Source: an uncultured Candidatus Saccharibacteria bacterium
GTDB taxonomy: Bacteria > Patescibacteriota > Minisyncoccia > Phycocordibacterales > CAIZLB01
Assembly: GCA_964550955.1 (NCBI GenBank)
Contig: CAZKAF010000001.1
Location: 503,931 to 567,930, forward strand
DNA length: 64,000 bases
Direction of reading: 5' to 3'
A program made the translations under genes and the position numbers. The notes beneath the pieces are model-generated. The model did not search any database, was not told where the DNA came from, and saw only the letters and a list, made by a program, of their open reading frames with translations. Below are positions 58,473 to 64,000 of the stretch, in pieces; the first letter of the stretch is position 1; each line of letters begins with the position of its first letter.

Positions 58473-59465
58473 ATGAAAAAAGAATCTGTCAGAATCAATT
58501 CGCTCGGCGACACGCTTGCAGGAACGCTGTTCCTGCCTGATTCGCATGCAACTACGCCCGAAGCCGCGACAGCGCCAGCATTAATGCCCGCGACTGCGAC
58601 TGCAGTCATGGCTGCGCGAGTTCCCGCGCTCATTGTCTGTCACGGGGCCGGCGATTTCAAGGAAAACTTTTTCGAGCTCGCGGAATGCGTTGCCGCGAAA
58701 AGCAACGTTGCCGTCTTGTGCCTGGACATGCACGGTCATGGTGCCAGCGGCGGAAACAGATTTCACGTAAATATGAACGAATGGAAATCGGATATTCGCT
58801 CGGCTGTTTCTTTTCTAAGCGATGATCCGCGAATAGACGGCAAGAACATCCATGCTTTCGGATTTTCTTCCGGAGGAACGGCGGTCCTGGAATTTGCCAT
58901 CGACCAGAGTCGGGCAAACAGCTCTATGCCAGCTCGCAAAGCCGAGGAGTCAGAAACTGCTCATGCCGCGGAATTGAAATCAGTCATCGCGCTCGACGCC
59001 ACGGTTCGAGACCTCTTCCCTTTCTTCGAGAGGATAGCCTTGAAGACGCTCGTCCTTATCGGCCGAATTAAGAGGGCTGTCACGGGAACTGACTTGCGAC
59101 TGCCTTTTGCAAAGCTCAGCAAGCATACCCACCTCGCATCGGATATCAATTTAAACTCAAGAATCGAATCGGACTCGCGATTCACGTCGGCCCTGAACTC
59201 ATTTCCGCTGCCCGGAGCAGCGCAGGCCTTTTTCACAGACACTTTAAAGCGAGTTCATCTCATACAAATACCGACGCTCGTGCTTTGGGGAGAGAAGGAC
59301 GAGATAGACCCCCAGGAAACAGCGAAACTTCTTTATGAGGCGCTGACATGCGTCAAGGAACTGCATGTCATTCCGGAAAACGGGCATGTCGGACATCTTG
59401 ATACGAACAAGAAAAAAGTGTTCGGGCTGATCGGAAAGTGGCTGGATGATACGAAGGCCAATTGA
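58473..59465 (+). CDS. Alpha/beta hydrolase (dienelactone-hydrolase-like)
   Basis: HGAGDFKE, nucleophile elbow GFSSGG, C-terminal GHVGHLD. ATG at 58473. Confidence 0.65.
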   Translation: MKKESVRINSLGDTLAGTLFLPDSHATTPEAATAPALMPATATAVMAARVPALIVCHGAGDFKENFFELAECVAAKSNVAVLCLDMHGHGASGGNRFHVNMNEWKSDIRSAVSFLSDDPRIDGKNIHAFGFSSGGTAVLEFAIDQSRANSSMPARKAEESETAHAAELKSVIALDATVRDLFPFFERIALKTLVLIGRIKRAVTGTDLRLPFAKLSKHTHLASDINLNSRIESDSRFTSALNSFPLPGAAQAFFTDTLKRVHLIQIPTLVLWGEKDEIDPQETAKLLYEALTCVKELHVIPENGHVGHLDTNKKKVFGLIGKWLDDTKAN

Positions 59466-59568
59466 GGATGCATGCCGACCACACCGATTAACTGACACGT
59501 TATGAAAAGGCTGTTCCGAACGTCGGAACAGCCTTTGCGCGTGACCCCTTAATCTCCAATCATTGAGA

Positions 59569-59952
59569 TTATTTTTCTGAATCGCCGTCCCAGTCATCGC
59601 GCATGATCGCGACCGGTTGCGTGACGCCTTGAATGATTTCCGCCTCATCCACGCCGAATCCGAAAAAGCCTTCGGGATGCGGATAACCGGAGCAATGAAA
59701 CCAGTCCGCCGCGACCTTGGATTTCTGAGCCAGGATTTCAAGGGCCTCCTTTTGAGGCACGCTGAACGTCGGCCTTATGCGCGGCCTGAAATGGCCGCTC
59801 ACGACTCCTAACTCCGGGAATTCCCCCGCGGTTGGCTCGCAAGGCAAAACGAGCCCGACCCATTCTTCCCTGGCCCAAACGGGGGCTTCCCCCGCCGGCA
59901 CTTTTGTTATCCTGATTAATCCAGAAGCGTCTGGCGTAGCTGCATGTGTCAT
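59569..59952 (-). CDS. Hypothetical protein
   Basis: ATG at 59952. No family. Weak. Confidence 0.35.
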   Translation of the reverse strand: MTHAATPDASGLIRITKVPAGEAPVWAREEWVGLVLPCEPTAGEFPELGVVSGHFRPRIRPTFSVPQKEALEILAQKSKVAADWFHCSGYPHPEGFFGFGVDEAEIIQGVTQPVAIMRDDWDGDSEK

Positions 59953-60074
59953 GGTGACCGTGTCTTTCTATTGAAGCTGATGCTTGTATTCGCGTTTGAA
60001 CTCTGCCGGAATACATCATACGAATCCGCGCTTGATTTGCAACCCGCCTGTCATATACTACACAGTACAAGCAT

Positions 60075-60947
60075 ATGACCGACCGTTCCGCAGACATGAA
60101 GAAATTCAAGGAAGAAGTATGGGGCCATTACAAGGGATACGCCCGGGATCTCCCCTGGAGAAAGACCGCCGACCCATACTGCATTTTCGTGTCCGAGATG
60201 ATGCTTCAGCAGACGCAGGTCTCAAGGGTGATTCCAAAGTATGAAGCTTTCATAAAAAAGTTCCCGACATTGAAGAAGGTTGCGAGCGCGCCCATCCCCG
60301 AAATACTGACGCTTTGGCAGGGACTCGGATATAACAGGCGCGCCCTTCAGCTCAAGCGAGCCTGCGAGGAAATAGCGAAGAAGCACGGAGGCATCTTCCC
60401 TGCCGACCGCGAAGAGCTGATCTCGCTCCCGGGAATAGGCCAATCGACGGCAGGAGCGATACGGGCATTCGCGTTCAACCTGCCTTCAGTCTTTATCGAG
60501 ACGAACATACGGGCCGTCTATCTTTACCACTTCTTTAAGGATTCTTCATCCGTATCTGATAAGAATATACTCGAGCTCATAGAAGCTACGGTCGACAGGG
60601 AAAGTCCGCGCGAATGGTATTATGCCCTGTACGATTACGGCTCGATGCTGAAGGCCAAGCTCGGCGGCGAGAAGACAAGAATCCACAAGCAAAGCAAGCA
60701 TTATAACAAGCAGTCCAAGTTCGAAGGCTCCAACAGGCAAATCCGGTCAAATATCCTCAAGAGCGTCTTGGACCTGCATTCGAGGAAAGTCCGCCCGACA
60801 TTTGAAACCATCAAAAACAATAATCCCGTCTTGGCAGAAAAAACCGACGACAGCATGCTCGCTAACTTGGAATCGCTCGTGCGGGAGGGGTTCTTGGCCG
60901 AGACCAAAAACAAGAGCATTAAAACATGGAACATAGCCCTAAAATAA
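60075..60947 (+). CDS. HhH-GPD base-excision glycosylase, MutY-like catalytic domain lacking Fe-S cysteines and C-terminal NUDIX-like domain
   Basis: MLQQTQV, LPGIGQSTAGAI (MutY-type Ser instead of Nth Lys), IETNIRAV in place of VDGNV. No Cx6Cx2Cx5C cluster. 290 aa. Confidence 0.7.
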   Translation: MTDRSADMKKFKEEVWGHYKGYARDLPWRKTADPYCIFVSEMMLQQTQVSRVIPKYEAFIKKFPTLKKVASAPIPEILTLWQGLGYNRRALQLKRACEEIAKKHGGIFPADREELISLPGIGQSTAGAIRAFAFNLPSVFIETNIRAVYLYHFFKDSSSVSDKNILELIEATVDRESPREWYYALYDYGSMLKAKLGGEKTRIHKQSKHYNKQSKFEGSNRQIRSNILKSVLDLHSRKVRPTFETIKNNNPVLAEKTDDSMLANLESLVREGFLAETKNKSIKTWNIALK

Positions 60948-61030
60948 AGACTCAAAACCGGCTTCGGTCGCTTTTTAAGGTGCAATTTGACCCTAAAAAT
61001 GCTACAATGCACCAGTAATTAATAAGATAT

Positions 61031-61513
61031 ATGCTTAGAAATTCTCTCATAAGCCTGATTCTCAAGATCGGGCTGTCAATTTCCCTCTTATACGCCAGCC
61101 TCGCCTCATTCGTCGTGCCGGCGCTCGTGGTGGAAAAATGGCCTAACTTCATCTCTCAAAACCTGAGCGAGGTGTTTCTTTCGACTCTCACGGGCCTCAT
61201 GGCGCTTTTCTACATCGTCTGGCTTTTTTCCCGCAAATACCGATTCACGGCTACGGCAAGCCTTTCGGTCATCATCGTGCTTTTCGCGCTCTCGAACGTT
61301 CGGCAAGTCCCCCTTCTCTTCGACCTCGGGCCGCTCCTTGCCATCTCGGCAGCGCTGTCGCTCAGATACTATCCTCGGGTGAGGGTCGTCACGCAGACGA
61401 AAGTAAGCACGCTCTCGCATGACGGAACTCATGATCACGTGAAGGACAGGAACGGAAGCAGGACGGCGAACGAGAAAGATCATGACCAACACCTTTTTAT
61501 CCCGACCAATTAA
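61031..61513 (+). CDS. Hypothetical membrane protein
   Basis: 4 TM helices and a His/Asp-rich tail. Overlaps the recG start by 32 nt. Confidence 0.4.
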   Translation: MLRNSLISLILKIGLSISLLYASLASFVVPALVVEKWPNFISQNLSEVFLSTLTGLMALFYIVWLFSRKYRFTATASLSVIIVLFALSNVRQVPLLFDLGPLLAISAALSLRYYPRVRVVTQTKVSTLSHDGTHDHVKDRNGSRTANEKDHDQHLFIPTN

Positions 61514-63776
61514 ATCCCAGTTTCGGCTTCAGGATTCGCAGCTCAAGGCGCTGGGCGCTCTCGGCATCAGGACAATCAGGGACCTTCTCTACCATTTTCC
61601 AAAAAGATACGACAACATAACGTCCTCGAAGCTCATCGTCGACCTGGAAGCCGGCGAGCAAGTTACCGTCTACGGGAGAATCAAGGGCCTGAAAACCGGA
61701 AAATCATTTCGCGGAAAAATGCCGAAAGCCGAGGGAACGGTTTTCGACGAGACGGCATCGGTCAAGGTCCTGTGGTTTCACCAGCCGTACATCGCCAAGA
61801 TCATCCAAAACGACAGCCTCGTGAAGCTTCACGGAAAGGTCAGCGAACGGAACGGGACGCTGAGCATGCTCAACCCCGAGATAGAAACGGTAAGCAGCGT
61901 GCCGGGAACCATAGGCAACAATCTTTTCAGCACGGCGGACGAGCAGTCCGAAACGGGCGCGATGATTCCCGTATATGCCGAAAGCAAGGGCATCACCTCG
62001 CGCTGGATATTTCACGCGCTCCTCAAGGTATTTTCAAATGAAGAATTTCAGAAAATCGCCGACCCGGTGCCTGAAGAAATCCGAGCCAGATACAGCCTTC
62101 CCTCCCTGAATACGGCATTCATCTGGATGCATAACCCGAAAAAGGAGTCCGACTCGGTCGTGGCGCGAAAGCGATTCGCCTTTGAGGAAATTTTTTTCAT
62201 ACAGCTCAAGAATGAGCAGCAGCGGGCGCTCCACGCTCGGGAAAAGGCGTTCATCATAGACGCCAAGAATTCCGGAAGCGAAAGCGGCGATGCCGGGAGC
62301 AAGAAAATCGTCGAGGAGTTCACGTCGAGATTCCCTTTTCCCCTTACGGAGTCCCAGCACAAGTCCATCGACGACGTTCTCGCTGATTTTACGAAAGGAC
62401 ATCCGATGTCCCGGCTTCTTGAAGGCGACGTGGGCTCCGGCAAGACGGCAGTCGCCGCATCGACCGCGTACGCAGTAGTGACCTCGAGGCCGAAAGGACA
62501 GAATTTCGGAACGCTCCAGGTCGCATACATGGCACCGACCGAAATACTCGCAAAGCAGCATTTCGAATCCTTCATCCAATACTTCAGGCACATGCCCATT
62601 TCCATCGGGCTCATTACCGGAAACGGCTGCAGGAAGTTTCCTTCCAAGCTGAATCCGGGCGGATGGACGGACATATCAAGGCCTCAGTTTCAAAAATGGG
62701 TGGCGAACGGCGAGATAGCCATCGTCATCGGCACGCATGCGCTCATACAGAAGTCCGTGGCGTTCAAGCATCTCGCATACGTGATTATCGACGAGCAGCA
62801 TAGGTTCGGAACGGCGCAGCGGCAGAAGCTTACGAAGAAGCAGGTTCAGATGCCGCATCTGCTTTCGATGACCGCCACTCCCATTCCCAGGACCCTCGCG
62901 CTGACGCTTTACGGAGACCTGGACCTTTCGCTTCTCGACCAGATGCCGATCGGAAGAAAGAAAGTCATTACCGAAATCGTCATGCCGGCGCAGCGGGACG
63001 GAACGTACGAGAAGATTCGGAGCGAATTGCAAGCGGGACGGCAGGCATATGTCATCTGCCCGCGCATCGAGGAACCGGATCCTGACAAGCAGCAGACGCT
63101 GATGGCGAAGTCGGTGAAATCGGAAGCGAAGCGCCTGCAGAAAGACGTGTTCCCCGAATGCAGGATAGACATCATGCACAGCAAGATGAAGCCTGCCGAG
63201 AAGGACAGGATAATGGACAGGTTCACGAGGCATGAAATAGACATCCTGGTCTCGACGTCGGTGATCGAGGTGGGCGTGAACGTGCCGAATGCGTCCGTCA
63301 TCGTGATCGAAGGCGGCGAGCGCTTCGGGCTGTCGCAGCTCCACCAGCTGCGAGGACGAGTCATACGAGGAAATCATCAGCCGTACTGCTACGTATTTAC
63401 CAGCGAAAGCGGCAAGTCAGCCGGAGGCTCAAGGAAAACCGGCTCGCTGACAAGTGGCACGCCGGCAAAATCCGCGGCTTCGAAACAGAGCGACAAGACT
63501 GTCGACCGGCTGAAGGCGCTTGTCACGGCGAAGAACGGGTTCGAGCTTTCGGAATTGGACATGGCGCAGCGAGGCGCCGGAGAATTGTACGGAAACAAGC
63601 AATGGGGCATCTCCGACCTGGCGATGGAAGCCATCAAGAATATAAAAATGGTCGAGGCGGCCCGAAAGGAAGCGAAGGCCATCATCGAATCCTGTCCGAC
63701 TGAGTCGGAAATTGCCGCGGCGTATCCCCTTCTCTCAGAAGCCATCCTGGCAAAGAAGGACGTGCATTTTGAATAG
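61482..63776 (+). CDS. recG: ATP-dependent DNA helicase RecG
   Basis: Wedge/OB N-domain, SF2 motifs (GDVGSGKT, DEQHRFG, SMTATPIPRTL, QLRGRV) and a C-terminal TRG-like region. 764 aa. Confidence 0.9.
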   Translation: MTNTFLSRPIKSQFRLQDSQLKALGALGIRTIRDLLYHFPKRYDNITSSKLIVDLEAGEQVTVYGRIKGLKTGKSFRGKMPKAEGTVFDETASVKVLWFHQPYIAKIIQNDSLVKLHGKVSERNGTLSMLNPEIETVSSVPGTIGNNLFSTADEQSETGAMIPVYAESKGITSRWIFHALLKVFSNEEFQKIADPVPEEIRARYSLPSLNTAFIWMHNPKKESDSVVARKRFAFEEIFFIQLKNEQQRALHAREKAFIIDAKNSGSESGDAGSKKIVEEFTSRFPFPLTESQHKSIDDVLADFTKGHPMSRLLEGDVGSGKTAVAASTAYAVVTSRPKGQNFGTLQVAYMAPTEILAKQHFESFIQYFRHMPISIGLITGNGCRKFPSKLNPGGWTDISRPQFQKWVANGEIAIVIGTHALIQKSVAFKHLAYVIIDEQHRFGTAQRQKLTKKQVQMPHLLSMTATPIPRTLALTLYGDLDLSLLDQMPIGRKKVITEIVMPAQRDGTYEKIRSELQAGRQAYVICPRIEEPDPDKQQTLMAKSVKSEAKRLQKDVFPECRIDIMHSKMKPAEKDRIMDRFTRHEIDILVSTSVIEVGVNVPNASVIVIEGGERFGLSQLHQLRGRVIRGNHQPYCYVFTSESGKSAGGSRKTGSLTSGTPAKSAASKQSDKTVDRLKALVTAKNGFELSELDMAQRGAGELYGNKQWGISDLAMEAIKNIKMVEAARKEAKAIIESCPTESEIAAAYPLLSEAILAKKDVHFE

Positions 63777-63914
63777 ATGACCATGCCGGCACCGGCAAGG
63801 CGGCGCGTTGTTGGTGCGATGCAGAAATGACGGGCCAGGTCAGGCCGAGAAGCTAGGCAAATCTGATACAGATCAAACTACAATCGAGCTTTGAAAAATA
63901 TTCCATCTTCCACG

Positions 63915-63932
63915 TATAGCATTTTTGCTATA
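63915..63932. repeat. Palindrome TATAGCATTTTTGCTATA (copy D)
   Basis: Perfect 7-bp arms. Just upstream of possible ATGs at 63941/63958 near the window end. Confidence 0.55.
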
Positions 63933-64000
63933 TTGCTCCAATGAAACTATTACGAGAAAATGATTCAGACTTTGAACCCGGAGAATTCGATGATAGAGAT

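Noticed and set aside
62048-63377. 208-, 185- and 233-aa minus-strand ORFs
   Set aside because: Antisense to recG.

Overview
This 64-kb window appears to come from a small-genome, monoderm-type bacterium (possibly Patescibacteria/CPR-like, not proven). GC is moderate-high with several AT-rich islets, and genes are tightly packed on both strands. Main content, start to end: (1) 3' end of a processive GT2 glycosyltransferase (QxxRW motif) plus a PEGA-domain protein, tRNA-Thr, an RsmC-like methyltransferase, a DEAD-box helicase with an unusual N-terminal SYGG/RGG low-complexity extension, a YgjP/DUF45 hydrolase, an ABC-F ATPase, an RsuA-family pseudouridine synthase, an Nramp transporter, and a three-gene minus-strand operon (FAD-linked oxidase fused to an unknown domain, small membrane protein, alpha/beta hydrolase). 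(2) NUDIX, tRNA-Asp, guanylate kinase (GTG start with AGGAGG SD immediately after tRNA-Met), then a mannoside-catabolism operon: cupin-type Man-6-P isomerase, three GH130 domains (one membrane-anchored, two fused in tandem) and a eukaryotic-type HAD-IIB phosphomannomutase. (3) gatC-gatA, ligA, then a ~12.5-kb type IV pilus supercluster without a secretin (pilM-N-O-PilP-like-pilB-CheY-like regulator-pilT-pilC, a leaderless pilin cassette, the expressed pilA, pilD, four minor pilins), with divergent comF. (4) asd, an EEP nuclease, endonuclease V, two overlapping CDA-fold deaminases, DUF2207, a MutY-like glycosylase lacking Fe-S cysteines, and recG. The most unusual signal is three class-II (Ser-type) tRNA genes, each followed 55-65 nt downstream by a conserved 17-nt motif GGGATYGYACCCATCCC fused to an exact 16-17-nt copy of the cognate tRNA 3' acceptor end. 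Two loci are next to AT-rich islets, and degenerate extra copies occur at locus 2 (57610-57638) and, more weakly, locus 1 (45497-45515). Also notable: a tandem pilin cassette pair (100% identical 138-nt 5' coding block and 93-nt 3' flank; the silent copy lacks a leader and sits in frame after the pilC stop), a recurrent intergenic palindrome (GATATAGCA-N-TGCTATATC, 4 copies), a membrane-anchored HEPN-like protein, a class-II tRNA with an apparent ACT anticodon, and two ORF-free ~0.5-kb regions that may encode ncRNAs. No CRISPR array, rRNA or obvious transposase was found. Many ORF-track entries are antisense shadows or start at non-ATG codons, and starts were corrected where the sequence allowed.
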